Shown here: positions 23,725 through 39,016 of the stretch, one piece after another
Layout of the letters: the number at the start of each line of letters is the position of its first letter
Position numbering within the stretch: position 1 is the first letter of the stretch
NCBI RefSeq assembly: GCF_051903065.1
Contig: NZ_CP178438.1
Strand: one strand, 5' to 3'
DNA from: Escherichia coli
GTDB lineage: Bacteria > Pseudomonadota > Gammaproteobacteria > Enterobacterales > Enterobacteriaceae
Length of the DNA: 64,000 nt
The notes under the pieces: generated by a model
What the model saw: only the letters and a program-made list of their open reading frames with translations
The model's database searches: none
What the model was told of the DNA's origin: nothing
Program-made: the position numbers and the translations under genes

Positions 23725-24687
23725 ATGGCAATTTCATCGCGTAACACACTTCTTGCCGCGCTGGCATTCATCGCTTTTCAGGCACAGGCGGTGAACGTCA
23801 CCGTGGCGTATCAAACCTCAGCCGAACCGGCGAAAGTGGCTCAGGCCGACAACACCTTTACTAAAGAAAGCGGAGCAACCGTGGACTGGCGTAAGTTTGA
23901 CAGCGGAGCCAGCATCGTGCGGGCGCTGGCTTCAGGCGACGTGCAAATCGGCAACCTCGGTTCCAGCCCGTTAGCGGTTGCAGCCAGCCAACAGGTGCCG
24001 ATTGAAGTCTTCTTGCTGGCGTCAAAACTGGGTAACTCCGAAGCGCTGGTGGTAAAGAAAACTATCAGCAAACCGGAAGATCTGATTGGCAAACGCATCG
24101 CCGTACCGTTTATCTCCACCACCCACTACAGCCTGCTGGCGGCGCTGAAACACTGGGGCATTAAACCCGGGCAAGTGGAGATTGTGAACCTGCAGCCGCC
24201 CGCGATTATCGCTGCCTGGCAGCGGGGAGATATTGATGGTGCTTATGTCTGGGCACCGGCGGTTAACGCCCTGGAAAAAGACGGCAAGGTGTTGACCGAT
24301 TCTGAACAGGTCGGGCAGTGGGGCGCGCCAACGCTGGACGTTTGGGTGGTGCGCAAAGATTTTGCCGAGAAACATCCTGAGGTCGTGAAAGCGTTCGCTA
24401 AAAGCGCCATCGATGCTCAGCAACCGTACATTGCTAACCCAGACGCGTGGCTGAAACAGCCGGAAAACATCAGCAAACTGGCGCGTTTAAGCGGCGTGCC
24501 TGAAGGTGACGTTCCGGGGCTGGTGAAGGGGAATACCTATCTGACGCCGCAGCAACAAACGGCAGAACTGACCGGACCGGTGAACAAAGCGATCATCGAC
24601 ACCGCGCAGTTTTTGAAAGAGCAGGGCAAGGTCCCGGCTGTAGCGAATGATTACAGCCAGTACGTTACCTCGCGCTTCGTGCAATAA
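23725..24687 (+). CDS. tauA: taurine ABC transporter periplasmic binding protein
   Basis: 320-aa ORF with signal peptide; first gene of tauABCD. Confidence 0.93.
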   Translation: MAISSRNTLLAALAFIAFQAQAVNVTVAYQTSAEPAKVAQADNTFTKESGATVDWRKFDSGASIVRALASGDVQIGNLGSSPLAVAASQQVPIEVFLLASKLGNSEALVVKKTISKPEDLIGKRIAVPFISTTHYSLLAALKHWGIKPGQVEIVNLQPPAIIAAWQRGDIDGAYVWAPAVNALEKDGKVLTDSEQVGQWGAPTLDVWVVRKDFAEKHPEVVKAFAKSAIDAQQPYIANPDAWLKQPENISKLARLSGVPEGDVPGLVKGNTYLTPQQQTAELTGPVNKAIIDTAQFLKEQGKVPAVANDYSQYVTSRFVQ

Positions 24688-24699
24688 AAGGAGGCGCAG

Positions 24700-25467
24700 A
24701 TGCTGCAAATCTCTCATCTTTACGCCGATTATGGCGGCAAACCGGCACTGGAAGATATCAACCTGACGCTGGAAAGCGGCGAGCTACTGGTGGTGCTGGG
24801 GCCGTCCGGCTGCGGTAAAACCACCCTGCTGAATCTGATTGCCGGTTTTGTGCCTTATCAGCATGGCAGCATTCAACTGGCGGGTAAGCGTATTGAGGGA
24901 CCGGGAGCAGAGCGTGGCGTAGTTTTTCAGAATGAAGGGCTACTACCGTGGCGCAATGTGCAGGACAACGTGGCGTTCGGCCTGCAATTGGCAGGTATAG
25001 AGAAAATGCAGCGACTGGAAATCGCGCACCAGATGCTGAAAAAAGTGGGGCTGGAAGGCGCAGAAAAACGCTACATCTGGCAGCTTTCCGGTGGTCAACG
25101 TCAGCGGGTGGGCATTGCCCGCGCGCTGGCGGCGAATCCCCAGCTGTTATTACTCGACGAACCGTTTGGTGCGCTGGACGCCTTCACCCGCGACCAGATG
25201 CAAACCCTGCTGCTGAAACTCTGGCAGGAGACGGGCAAGCAGGTGCTGTTGATTACCCACGATATAGAAGAAGCGGTGTTTATGGCGACTGAACTGGTTC
25301 TGCTTTCATCCGGCCCTGGACGTGTGCTGGAGCGGCTGCCGCTCAACTTTGCTCGCCGCTTTGTTGCGGGAGAGTCGAGCCGCAGCATCAAGTCCGATCC
25401 ACAATTCATCGCCATGCGCGAATATGTTTTAAGCCGCGTATTTGAGCAACGGGAGGCGTTCTCATGA
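24700..25467 (+). CDS. tauB: taurine ABC transporter ATP-binding protein
   Basis: 255-aa ORF with Walker [10 protein letters not shown] and signature [15 protein letters not shown]. Confidence 0.93.
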   Translation: MLQISHLYADYGGKPALEDINLTLESGELLVVLGPSGCGKTTLLNLIAGFVPYQHGSIQLAGKRIEGPGAERGVVFQNEGLLPWRNVQDNVAFGLQLAGIEKMQRLEIAHQMLKKVGLEGAEKRYIWQLSGGQRQRVGIARALAANPQLLLLDEPFGALDAFTRDQMQTLLLKLWQETGKQVLLITHDIEEAVFMATELVLLSSGPGRVLERLPLNFARRFVAGESSRSIKSDPQFIAMREYVLSRVFEQREAFS

Positions 25468-26291
25468 GTGTGCTCATTAATGAAAAACTGCATTCGCGGC
25501 GGCTGAAATGGCGCTGGCCGCTCTCGCGTCAGGTGACCTTAAGCATTGGCACGTTAGCGGTTTTACTCACTGTATGGTGGACGGTGGCGGCGCTGCAACT
25601 GATTAGCCCGCTGTTTTTGCCGCCGCCGCAACAAGTACTGGCAAAACTGCTCACCATTGCCGGACCGCAGGGATTTATGGACGCCACGCTGTGGCAGCAT
25701 CTGGCAGCCAGCCTGACGCGCATTTTGCTGGCGCTACTCGCGGCGGTGTTGATCGGCATTCCGGTCGGGATCGCCATGGGGCTAAGCCCGACGGTGCGCG
25801 GCATTCTGGATCCGATAATCGAGCTTTATCGTCCGGTGCCGCCGCTGGCTTATTTGCCGCTGATGGTGATCTGGTTTGGTATTGGCGAAACCTCGAAGAT
25901 CTTACTGATCTATTTAGCGATTTTTGCGCCGGTGGCGATGTCGGCGCTGGCAGGGGTGAAAAGCGCGCAGCAGGTTCGCATTCGTGCCGCCCAGTCGCTG
26001 GGTGCCAGCCGTGCGCAGGTGCTGTGGTTTGTCATTTTGCCCGGCGCGCTGCCGGAAATCCTCACCGGATTACGTATTGGTCTGGGTGTGGGCTGGTCTA
26101 CGCTGGTGGCGGCGGAGCTGATTGCCGCGACGCGCGGTTTAGGATTTATGGTTCAGTCAGCGGGTGAATTTCTCGCGACTGACGTGGTGCTGGCGGGGAT
26201 CGCGGTGATTGCGATTATCGCCTTTCTTTTAGAACTGGGTTTGCGCGCGTTACAGCGCCGCCTGACGCCCTGGCATGGAGAAGTACAATGA
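25464..26291 (+). CDS. tauC: taurine ABC transporter permease
   Basis: 275-aa hydrophobic ORF; 4-bp overlap with tauB. Confidence 0.93.
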   Translation: MSVLINEKLHSRRLKWRWPLSRQVTLSIGTLAVLLTVWWTVAALQLISPLFLPPPQQVLAKLLTIAGPQGFMDATLWQHLAASLTRILLALLAAVLIGIPVGIAMGLSPTVRGILDPIIELYRPVPPLAYLPLMVIWFGIGETSKILLIYLAIFAPVAMSALAGVKSAQQVRIRAAQSLGASRAQVLWFVILPGALPEILTGLRIGLGVGWSTLVAAELIAATRGLGFMVQSAGEFLATDVVLAGIAVIAIIAFLLELGLRALQRRLTPWHGEVQ

Positions 26292-27139
26292 GTGAACGTC
26301 TGAGCATTACCCCGCTGGGGCCGTATATCGGAGCACAAATTTCGGGTGCCGACCTGACGCGCCCGTTAAGCGATAATCAGTTTGAACAACTTTACCATGC
26401 GGTACTGCGCCATCAGGTGGTGTTTCTGCGCGATCAAGCCATTACGCCGCAGCAGCAACGCGCGCTGGCCCAGCGTTTTGGCGAACTGCATATTCACCCT
26501 GTTTACCCTCATGCCGAAGGGGTTGACGAGATCATCGTGCTGGATACCCATAACGATAATCCGCCAGATAACGACAACTGGCATACCGATGTGACATTTA
26601 TTGAAACGCCACCCGCAGGGGCGATTCTGGCAGCGAAAGAGTTACCTTCGACCGGCGGCGATACGCTCTGGACCAGCGGTATTGCGGCCTATGAGGCGCT
26701 CTCTGTTCCCTTCCGCCAGCTGCTGAGCGGGCTGCGTGCGGAGCATGATTTTCGTAAATCGTTCCCGGAATACAAATACCGCAAAACCGAGGAGGAACAT
26801 CAACGCTGGCGCGAGGCGGTCGCGAAAAATCCGCCGTTGCTACATCCGGTGGTGCGAACGCATCCGGTGAGCGGTAAACAGGCGCTGTTTGTGAATGAAG
26901 GCTTTACTACGCGAATTGTTGATGTGAGCGAGAAAGAGAGCGAAGCCTTGTTAAGTTTTTTGTTTGCCCATATCACCAAACCGGAGTTTCAGGTGCGCTG
27001 GCGCTGGCAACCAAATGATATTGCGATTTGGGATAACCGCGTGACCCAGCACTATGCCAATGCCGATTACCTGCCACAGCGACGGATAATGCATCGGGCG
27101 ACGATTCTTGGGGATAAACCGTTTTATCGGGCGGGGTAA
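26288..27139 (+). CDS. tauD: taurine dioxygenase (alpha-ketoglutarate dependent)
   Basis: 283-aa ORF ([38 protein letters not shown]...); 4-bp overlap with tauC. Confidence 0.95.
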
Positions 27140-27149
27140 TACGAGAGTG

Positions 27150-27240
27150 GACGGTCCCCTCGCCCCCTTGGGGAGAGGGTTAGGGTGAGGGGGCGTTCAC
27201 CGTGCTTTCAACAGGTTAACTCCCCCTTTCTGAGAGGAAA
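27150..27240. other. G/C-rich structured intergenic element between convergent tauD and hemB (probable bidirectional terminator)
   Basis: cccctcgccccc...ggggagagggttagggtgaggggg is capable of stable hairpins; recalled as resembling a recurrent E. coli intergenic motif, unverified. Confidence 0.35.
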
Positions 27241-27245
27241 CAAAA

Positions 27246-28220
27246 TTAACGCAGAATCTTCTTCTCAGCCAAATCCAGCGCAAAGTAGCTGAAAATCAGA
27301 TCCGCACCCGCACGCTTAATCGAACCTAAGCTTTCGAGCACCACTTTCTCTTCATCTATAGCACCCGCCAGCGCGGCGAACTTAATCATCGCATACTCAC
27401 CGCTCACCTGATACGCGCCAATCGGCAATTCAGTACGTTCACGCAGCTCACGCACGATGTCGAGGTACGCTCCAGCAGGTTTAACCATCAGGCAGTCTGC
27501 GCCCTGGGCTTCATCCAGCAGTGATTCACGAATCGCCTCGCGACGGTTCATTGGGTTCATCTGATAGCTTTTGCGGTCGCCTTTTAATGCGCTTCCGGCA
27601 GCTTCACGGAACGGACCATAAAAGGAAGAGGCGAACTTGGTCGAATACGACATAATCGCCGTATCTTTAAAGCCCGCAGCGTCCAGCGCCTGACGAATCG
27701 CCTGTACCTGGCCATCCATCGCGGCGGAAGGGGCGATGAAGTCTGCACCTGCAGCAGCTGCAACCACGGCTTGCTTGCCTAAATTTTCCAGAGTCGCGTC
27801 GTTGTCGACGCCATGCTCGCACAGCACACCGCAGTGACCGTGAGAAGTGTATTCACAGAAGCAGGTGTCTGACATGACAATCATTTCTGGCACGGTCTGC
27901 TTGCAGATGCGCGACATACGCGCCACCAGTCCATCTTCCCGCCAGGCATCGCTGCCGGTTTCATCGGTATGGTGAGAGATGCCGAAAGTCATCACGGAAC
28001 GAATACCGGCGTTGGCGATGCGTTCAATTTCGCGTGCCAGATGTTTCTCTGGAATGCGCATCACGCCAGGCATGGCTTCAACGGCTTTGTAGTCGTCAAT
28101 TTCTTCTTCAACAAAGATCGGCAACACCAGGTCGTTAAGGCTAAGTGTTGTCTCTTCAAACATAGCGCGCAGCGCAGGAGATTTGCGCAGGCGACGAGGG
28201 CGTTGGATTAAGTCTGTCAT
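27246..28220 (-). CDS. hemB: porphobilinogen synthase (delta-aminolevulinic acid dehydratase)
   Basis: 324-aa product from the ATG at 28220 ([37 protein letters not shown]...). Confidence 0.95.
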
Positions 28221-28745
28221 GGTCTGCCTGATGTTTGTGGAATTAAGGTGCACAGTATACCTGAAGCGGGGCAGGAGTGTTTTACGAAAGTTGTCACGAT
28301 GTTGACAAGAAGAGAATGAAAGAGAGACCAGGGCATCTTTGTAATAGAAATAGCAATAACTTCATATTCACTGAAAATATTTTTTAATTTTTATTTATAG
28401 GTGCTGGTTATTATTTTTGCCAATTTGGTTGAACTGTCAAAAATTGAATTACTTAAAGTTCATTGCTTATTGATACATTATTTGTCTGATTTGTTGTTTT
28501 GGTATTTTTAGGATCTATAATTCAAAATTAATGATTTCATTAACGTGTTGAAATGCAGTGTTTTTGTCAACTTATTCTTTGTGCGTATAGATATTTTTAT
28601 ATATGTCCGCAATCGGACTTAGGGGAAAGAATAATTGAACCATTCCTCTATAACGCCGCATAATCGTCAACGCGAAACATAAGATGTTTTCTATGCATTG
28701 ATAATTGATGGATCAACTTATTACGTCCCTGAGGAGGGATGACAA

Positions 28746-31688
<2,943 letters not shown>

Positions 31689-31710
31689 TATTCTTCACTC
31701 CGAAGAAATA

Positions 31711-32399
<689 letters not shown>

Positions 32400-33557
32400 T
32401 CAGGATGCGGGGATAACCAACGGTTTATTCCCGCTTAGCTCGGTCACCAGATCATTGATGCCATCGCTCATATTTTTAAAGCGCGTCAACGGCGAACGAG
32501 TGACCACCACAAACGCGCCAATATTCTTCTGCGGGATCATCGCCATATAGGTAATGAAACCGCCACCACCACCTGTCTTCTGAATAATCCCCGGACGACC
32601 CTCTTTCGGGGCCATATATACCCAGCCTAAACCAAGCGCATCCGCTTTGCCGGGGACATCCATGCCAATCACTTTCGTAAACTGCGCGCGCTGATAAATC
32701 AACGTCTGCATGCGATCTGCCTGGTTACTGCGCTGATAAAAATCAGATGACAAATACTGCTGCATCCAGCGCATCATATCGCCAGGCGTGGAATAGACGC
32801 CGCCGCTGCCAATTGCCGCCAGCGTGTTATTGCACGGACTGGCACCGCGCTCTGCAACCATTAAACGGCGGCACTGATCCGGTGAGGGGGTGTAGGTGGT
32901 GTCTTTCATCCCCAATGGACGGGTAATCTGCTCTTCAAACAACTGGGTATAAGGCTTGCCGGACGCATTCGCCAGTGCATCTGCCAGCAGGTCGAACGCA
33001 AGGTTAGAGTACGCCGCCTGACTGCCTGGCGCGGCTTTCAGCTTCGCCGTAGAAAGGTATTTCCAGCGTTGCTCGCGCGTTGGCCAGACAAACACCGGAC
33101 GATGTGCCGCGCCACCGGGCTGTTCACGGGGCAGGGCGCTGGTATGGGTTGCCAGATTGACCAGCGTAATGGGCGTCCCATTGTAGGTTGGCACGCATGC
33201 GCCTGGCGGAGCATATTTACTTAGCGGATCGTTTAACTTCACGGTCCCCTGGTCGAGCAATTTCACCAGCATCTCACTGGTCATTAGCTTGGTGAGGGAA
33301 GCAATACGCACGACCGAATCCAGCTGCGGGCGAACGTTATTACCAGGTCGCGTTTCGCCATAACTGCGAAAGACGCGCTGGTTACCGTCGATAACAACCA
33401 GCGCCATCCCCGTGGCACCGCTGCCGTAAAAAATATGATCGGCATAACGATCAACAATATCAGAAGCGAACTCCGGTTCAGTGATCGGCTGTGCCGCATG
33501 GACGGAGGTCAATGACGCCGCACACAGCACGGCAGAAAAAAGCAGACTACGTTTCAA
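32400..33557 (-). CDS. ampH: D-alanyl-D-alanine carboxypeptidase/endopeptidase AmpH (class C beta-lactamase-like penicillin-binding protein)
   Basis: 385-aa ORF with signal peptide and the SxxK motif (ASLTK); apparent TTG start. Confidence 0.92.
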   Translation of the reverse strand: MKRSLLFSAVLCAASLTSVHAAQPITEPEFASDIVDRYADHIFYGSGATGMALVVIDGNQRVFRSYGETRPGNNVRPQLDSVVRIASLTKLMTSEMLVKLLDQGTVKLNDPLSKYAPPGACVPTYNGTPITLVNLATHTSALPREQPGGAAHRPVFVWPTREQRWKYLSTAKLKAAPGSQAAYSNLAFDLLADALANASGKPYTQLFEEQITRPLGMKDTTYTPSPDQCRRLMVAERGASPCNNTLAAIGSGGVYSTPGDMMRWMQQYLSSDFYQRSNQADRMQTLIYQRAQFTKVIGMDVPGKADALGLGWVYMAPKEGRPGIIQKTGGGGGFITYMAMIPQKNIGAFVVVTRSPLTRFKNMSDGINDLVTELSGNKPLVIPAS

Positions 33558-33908
33558 CGGTGGTGTCCATAAATTGAATGAAGGTAACTGAGCGTATTTA
33601 TACTACTCATTGATGGATTGCAAAGGGCGAATTAGTGCAATAATAGTGTTAAAAACGTAACGGCGCGTAAACACGATCTTTTTCCTGCTCACCAATGCCT
33701 GCATTTGTGATCCTGCGCGTGTTAATCCGCTTATGTAAACAATCTTTGGTTTGTGAAATCCGTCGAAACAATTCTTATGGTCAGGCTGGCGAACTAAGCG
33801 CCTTGCTATGGGTCACAATGGGCGGTTTCATTTGGCTGACGCTTTGTAGCGGTCATGCGGTTAATACACAGCAGTTGTTAAAACGATAAGAAGTTAGCAG
33901 GAGTGCAT

Positions 33909-35129
33909 ATGTTTAAGTCTTTTTTCCCAAAGCCGGGAACGTTTTTTCTCTCGGCCTTTGTTTGGGCATTGATTGCCGTTATCTTCTGGCAAGCCGGTGG
34001 GGGTGACTGGGTGGCGCGTATCACCGGCGCTTCCGGGCAGATCCCGATTAGCGCCGCGCGTTTCTGGTCGTTGGATTTCCTGATTTTTTACGCTTACTAC
34101 ATTGTTTGCGTAGGACTTTTTGCATTGTTCTGGTTTATCTACAGCCCGCATCGTTGGCAATACTGGTCAATACTCGGTACTGCGCTGATTATCTTCGTCA
34201 CCTGGTTTTTGGTGGAAGTCGGGGTTGCCGTCAACGCCTGGTATGCGCCGTTCTATGATCTGATTCAAACCGCGCTAAGTTCGCCGCATAAAGTCACCAT
34301 CGAACAATTTTACCGCGAAGTGGGCGTCTTTCTGGGGATTGCGCTGATCGCGGTAGTGATCAGTGTGCTGAATAACTTCTTTGTCAGTCACTACGTGTTC
34401 CGCTGGCGTACGGCGATGAACGAATATTACATGGCGAACTGGCAACAACTGCGTCATATCGAAGGCGCCGCACAGCGTGTGCAGGAAGACACCATGCGTT
34501 TTGCTTCAACGCTGGAGAATATGGGTGTCAGTTTTATCAACGCCATCATGACGTTGATCGCCTTCCTGCCGGTGCTGGTAACGCTCTCCGCGCATGTGCC
34601 GGAGCTGCCGATTATCGGGCACATTCCGTATGGTCTGGTGATTGCCGCTATCGTCTGGTCGCTGATGGGGACCGGATTGCTGGCAGTGGTAGGGATCAAA
34701 CTGCCGGGGCTGGAGTTTAAAAACCAGCGAGTAGAGGCTGCCTACCGTAAAGAGCTGGTTTATGGTGAAGACGATGCCACGCGCGCGACGCCGCCTACGG
34801 TACGCGAGCTGTTTAGCGCCGTACGGAAAAACTATTTCCGCCTCTATTTTCACTATATGTATTTCAACATCGCTCGCATTCTCTATTTGCAGGTCGATAA
34901 CGTTTTCGGTTTGTTCTTGCTGTTTCCGTCAATTGTTGCCGGTACGATTACGCTCGGCCTGATGACGCAGATTACCAACGTTTTTGGTCAGGTTCGCGGT
35001 GCTTTCCAGTACCTGATTAACTCATGGACCACACTGGTTGAGTTGATGTCTATCTACAAACGTCTGCGCAGCTTTGAACATGAGCTGGATGGTGACAAAA
35101 TTCAGGAAGTAACCCATACCTTGAGCTAA
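33909..35129 (+). CDS. sbmA: peptide antibiotic/antimicrobial peptide transporter SbmA
   Basis: 406-aa product from the ATG at 33909 ([28 protein letters not shown]...). Confidence 0.95.
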   Translation: MFKSFFPKPGTFFLSAFVWALIAVIFWQAGGGDWVARITGASGQIPISAARFWSLDFLIFYAYYIVCVGLFALFWFIYSPHRWQYWSILGTALIIFVTWFLVEVGVAVNAWYAPFYDLIQTALSSPHKVTIEQFYREVGVFLGIALIAVVISVLNNFFVSHYVFRWRTAMNEYYMANWQQLRHIEGAAQRVQEDTMRFASTLENMGVSFINAIMTLIAFLPVLVTLSAHVPELPIIGHIPYGLVIAAIVWSLMGTGLLAVVGIKLPGLEFKNQRVEAAYRKELVYGEDDATRATPPTVRELFSAVRKNYFRLYFHYMYFNIARILYLQVDNVFGLFLLFPSIVAGTITLGLMTQITNVFGQVRGAFQYLINSWTTLVELMSIYKRLRSFEHELDGDKIQEVTHTLS

Positions 35130-35141
35130 AAAGGAGAAGTA

Positions 35142-36236
35142 ATGTCGCGCGTCAATCATCTATCTTCGCTGTCATTGTTGGCGGTTCTGGTTTTAGCGGG
35201 GTGCAGTAGTCAGGCTCCGCAACCGTTGAAAAAGGGCGAAAAAGAGATAGATGTGGCGAGCGTCGTGCGGCAGAAGATGCCTGCGAACGTGAAAGACCGT
35301 GATGCCTGGGCAAAAGATCTCGCCACCACCTTTGAAAGTCAGGGGCTGGCACCGACGCTGGAAAACGTCTGCTCGGTGCTGGCGGTGGCGCAGCAGGAGT
35401 CAAATTATCAGGCAGATCCGGCCGTTCCGGGCTTAAGCAAAATCGCCTGGCAAGAGATTGACCGTCGTGCTGAACGGATGCACATTCCTCCTTTTCTGGT
35501 TCATACCGCGCTAAAAATCAAATCGCCAAACGGCAAAAGTTATAGCGAACGGTTAGATTCGGTGCGTACAGAAAAGCAATTGAGCGCGATTTTTGACGAT
35601 CTGATCAGCATGGTGCCAATGGGGCAGACGCTGTTTGGTTCGCTTAATCCGGTGCGCACCGGTGGGCCGATGCAGGTCAGCATTGCTTTTGCCGAACAGC
35701 ATACCAAAGGGTATCCGTGGAAAATGGACGGTACAGTCCGTCAGGAAGTCTTTAGTCGCCGCGGCGGGTTGTGGTTTGGTACTTACCATTTACTGAATTA
35801 TCCCGCCAGTTATAGCGCACCGATATACCGTTTTGCTGATTTTAACGCTGGCTGGTACGCCAGCCGTAATGCCGCGTTTCAGAACGCGGTCAGTAAGGCC
35901 AGCGGCGTGAAGCTGGCACTGGACGGTGATTTAATTCGTTACGACAGTAAAGAACCCGGGAAAACCGAACTGGCAACGCGCAAACTGGCGGCAAAACTGG
36001 GGATGAGCGACAGCGAAATTCGTCGTCAGCTAGAGAAAGGTGACAGCTTCTCTTTTGAGGAGACGGCGCTGTACAAGAAAGTTTATCAACTTGCCGAAGC
36101 GAAAACGGGTAAATCACTCCCCCGCGAAATGTTGCCTGGCATTCAACTGGAAAGCCCGAAAATCACCCGCAACCTGACTACGGCCTGGTTTGCGAAGCGC
36201 GTAGACGAACGGCGGGCGCGTTGTATGAAACAGTGA
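35142..36236 (+). CDS. yaiW: lipoprotein YaiW
   Basis: 364-aa ORF with a lipobox (LAVLVLAGCSSQ) immediately downstream of sbmA. Confidence 0.92.
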   Translation: MSRVNHLSSLSLLAVLVLAGCSSQAPQPLKKGEKEIDVASVVRQKMPANVKDRDAWAKDLATTFESQGLAPTLENVCSVLAVAQQESNYQADPAVPGLSKIAWQEIDRRAERMHIPPFLVHTALKIKSPNGKSYSERLDSVRTEKQLSAIFDDLISMVPMGQTLFGSLNPVRTGGPMQVSIAFAEQHTKGYPWKMDGTVRQEVFSRRGGLWFGTYHLLNYPASYSAPIYRFADFNAGWYASRNAAFQNAVSKASGVKLALDGDLIRYDSKEPGKTELATRKLAAKLGMSDSEIRRQLEKGDSFSFEETALYKKVYQLAEAKTGKSLPREMLPGIQLESPKITRNLTTAWFAKRVDERRARCMKQ

Positions 36237-36253
36237 TCAAACAGGAATGTCAT

Positions 36254-36284
36254 GCCAGATAAGGCGTTTTAGGCCGTATCTGGC
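36254..36284. terminator. hairpin between convergent yaiW and yaiY (candidate bidirectional terminator, REP-like)
   Basis: Inverted repeat gccagata...tatctggc. Confidence 0.4.
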
Positions 36285-36294
36285 AACGTAAATC

Positions 36295-36603
36295 TTACTG
36301 GCGGCGATGTCGCCAGTGCAGCCATAGCGCCACCACTGCAAAAATGAGGCAGCCTACTAAAAACGGGATCAGCCCGAAAATGGTGCCGACACCTAAACCA
36401 ATTTCCACCCGTGGGCGACCTGTTTCCTGGACCTGCATTAAACGCTCATAGACGCCGGGCGCATGCACTAACAGGTTCAGCAATTGCGCCCCAGCCCAAA
36501 AGCAAAACAGCACAAACAACGCATAGGCAATGTTGCCAGGCGTTGAAGAGGCATTGCGATATTTTCCGCTAAACAGCGATTTTGACAGGGTGAAATCAGC
36601 CAT
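36295..36603 (-). CDS. yaiY: inner membrane protein YaiY
   Basis: 102-aa hydrophobic ORF ([36 protein letters not shown]...). Confidence 0.9.
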
Positions 36604-36862
36604 AAAAACCTCCGGAAGTCATCTGCTTCTCTTCTGGTGTGATACCAGCGGCTTATGGCAAGTCTGACAGGTCATTTAGATTGTCAATATCAGAATCATG
36701 GTAAATTGATGTTGGGAATATTCCCGAAGCGTGAATCTTCGCTGCGAGTCACAAAATAGCAACTTTAAGTTAAATTTATTAACAATTGCGAAAATGTTGT
36801 CTACACCACAGACGGTTGTTGCAGAATATGCAAGGATGTTGTTTTTCGTTAACGGAGCAGCC

Positions 36863-37075
36863 ATGAATCTGCCTGTAAAAATCCGCCGTGACTGGCACTA
36901 CTATGCGTTCGCCATTGGTCTTATATTCATTCTTAATGGCGTGGTGGGGTTACTGGGATTTGAAGCAAAAGGTTGGCAGACCTATGCCGTCGGTCTGGTG
37001 ACATGGGTGATTAGTTTCTGGCTGGCGGGGTTGATTATTCGTCGTCGCGATGAAGAAACTGAAAACGCCCAATAA
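36863..37075 (+). CDS. yaiZ: small membrane protein YaiZ
   Basis: 70-aa product from the ATG at 36863 (MNLPVKIRRDWHYYAFAIGLIFILNGVVG...); the ORF track extends upstream to 36731. Confidence 0.85.
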   Translation: MNLPVKIRRDWHYYAFAIGLIFILNGVVGLLGFEAKGWQTYAVGLVTWVISFWLAGLIIRRRDEETENAQ

Positions 37076-37098
37076 GAATATTATCGGGCGTTAAAATA

Positions 37099-38193
37099 TT
37101 ACATTGTGGTTTTCAATGCGTTATCCGCAGCGTGACGCTCCAGCGCCAGCTCAATCAAACGTGTGATCAGATCGGTGTAACCCAGACCGCTGGCTTGCCA
37201 CAGCTTCGGATACATACTGATGTTGGTGAAGCCAGGCAGTGTGTTGATCTCGTTGATCACCACTTCGTTCTCTGGGGTTAAAAACACGTCTACACGTGCC
37301 ATGCCTGCGCATCCCAACGTCTGATAAGCTTGAACGGCAATCGCCCGGATCTTATCGTTGATTTCTGGCGCAATGGCTGCCGGAACTACCACTTTCGCGC
37401 CATCTTCGTCAATGTACTTGGTGTCGTAGGCATAGAAATCGCTGGTGAGTACGATCTCACCACAGGTGCTGGCTTGCGGATTGTCGTTGCCCAGAACTGC
37501 GCATTCGATCTCACGACCTTTGATCCCTTGCTCAACGATCACTTTATGATCGAACTCGAACGCCAGATCGACGGCAATTGCGTACTGTTCTTCACTGGTT
37601 ACTTTGCTGACACCAACAGAAGAGCCCTGATTAGCCGGTTTTACAAACAGTGGTAACCCCAGTTTAGACTCCACTTCGGCAAAACTAATGTTGTGACGAT
37701 TAGCGCGCGTCAGGGTAATAAATGGCGCAATGTTCAGCCCGGCATCGCGTAGCAGACGTTTGGTGACATCTTTGTCCATACAGGCTGCTGAAGCCAGAAC
37801 ATCAGAACCTACAAACGGTAAATTGGCGACCCGCAGCATTCCCTGCAAGGAACCATCTTCGCCCAGCGTACCGTGGACAATCGGGAAAATGACATCCACC
37901 GTCGGCAACGGCTGACCGTTTTGCGCGTCGATAAGCTGATGCTCATGTTTACCTGGCACCTGGGCGAGGCTGGTCGCCGAAGGGCGCAACGCAATATGGG
38001 CAGGATCGTCTGCATTTAGCAGATAATTGCTGGCATCGCTGACGTGCCATTGCCCTTGTTTATCAATGCCCAGCAGCACAACGTCGAAGCGACTTTTATC
38101 AATGGCATCGACAATGTTTTTTGCCGATTGCAGAGACACTTCATGTTCCGCTGATTTACCACCAAAAACGATTCCTACCCGCAGTTTTTCCAT
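37099..38193 (-). CDS. ddlA: D-alanine--D-alanine ligase A
   Basis: 364-aa ORF ([51 protein letters not shown]...). Confidence 0.95.
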   Translation of the reverse strand: MEKLRVGIVFGGKSAEHEVSLQSAKNIVDAIDKSRFDVVLLGIDKQGQWHVSDASNYLLNADDPAHIALRPSATSLAQVPGKHEHQLIDAQNGQPLPTVDVIFPIVHGTLGEDGSLQGMLRVANLPFVGSDVLASAACMDKDVTKRLLRDAGLNIAPFITLTRANRHNISFAEVESKLGLPLFVKPANQGSSVGVSKVTSEEQYAIAVDLAFEFDHKVIVEQGIKGREIECAVLGNDNPQASTCGEIVLTSDFYAYDTKYIDEDGAKVVVPAAIAPEINDKIRAIAVQAYQTLGCAGMARVDVFLTPENEVVINEINTLPGFTNISMYPKLWQASGLGYTDLITRLIELALERHAADNALKTTM

Positions 38194-38655
38194 CTTAAAA
38201 ACCTATCCCGTCTAACACAAAGTGCATACATTACCACGACAAAACGGGGGATTCGCGGCCTTCTGAAAGATTGTTGCAATCTTCTGCTGACAAAGCGTGC
38301 AACGTACTGGTGAAGAAAGTGCGTTATCTCAAAGATGTGCGCAAGATCACAAAAATGATGAACGGGAAGCTAATTTATTCCTGGCTTAAATGGCCATGCG
38401 GTGAGTTTTTTTCTCTTAATTATAAGTTAACGAAGAGAATATATTTCATAACTTTTATTTATAATAAAGGTTGATAATTAAAAGCCTATATTTTGTGTGG
38501 ATAATTATTTAAATAAGAGAAACGTTTCGCTGGTAATCAAACAAAAAATATTTGCGCAAAGTATTTCCTTTGTCATAAAAATAATACTTCCAGACACTAT
38601 GAAGTTGTGAAACATAATGTTAACTTCTCCATACTTTGGATAAGGAAATACAGAC

Positions 38656-38916
38656 ATGAAAAATCTCATTGCTGAGTTGTTATTTAAGCTTGCCCAAAAA
38701 GAAGAAGAGTCGAAAGAACTGTGTGCGCAGGTAGAAGCTTTGGAGATTATCGTCACTGCAATGCTTCGCAATATGGCGCAAAATGACCAACAACGGTTGA
38801 TTGATCAGGTAGAGGGGGCGCTGTACGAGGTAAAGCCCGATGCCAGCATTCCTGACGACGATACGGAGCTGCTGCGCGATTACGTAAAGAAGTTATTGAA
38901 GCATCCTCGTCAGTAA
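38656..38916 (+). CDS. iraP: anti-adapter protein IraP (stabilises RpoS)
   Basis: 86-aa ORF ([40 protein letters not shown]...). Confidence 0.93.
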
Positions 38917-38936
38917 AAAGTTAATCTTTTCAACAG

Positions 38937-38954
38937 CTGTCATAAAGTTGTCAC
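38937..38954 (+). promoter_or_regulatory. Pho box of the phoA promoter (PhoB binding site), with -10 TATAGT at 38965..38970
   Basis: ctgtcataaagttgtcac: two CTGTCAT-like 7-bp direct repeats with 4-bp spacing, upstream of the phoA start. Confidence 0.85.
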
Positions 38955-39016
38955 GGCCGAGACTTATAGTCGCTTTGTTTTTATTTTTTAATGTATTTGT
39001 ACATGGAGAAAATAAA

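Noticed and set aside
38271-38474. 67-aa ORF in the ddlA-iraP intergenic region
   Set aside because: AT-rich promoter region, no ribosome-binding site and a low-complexity product; more likely regulatory DNA for iraP.
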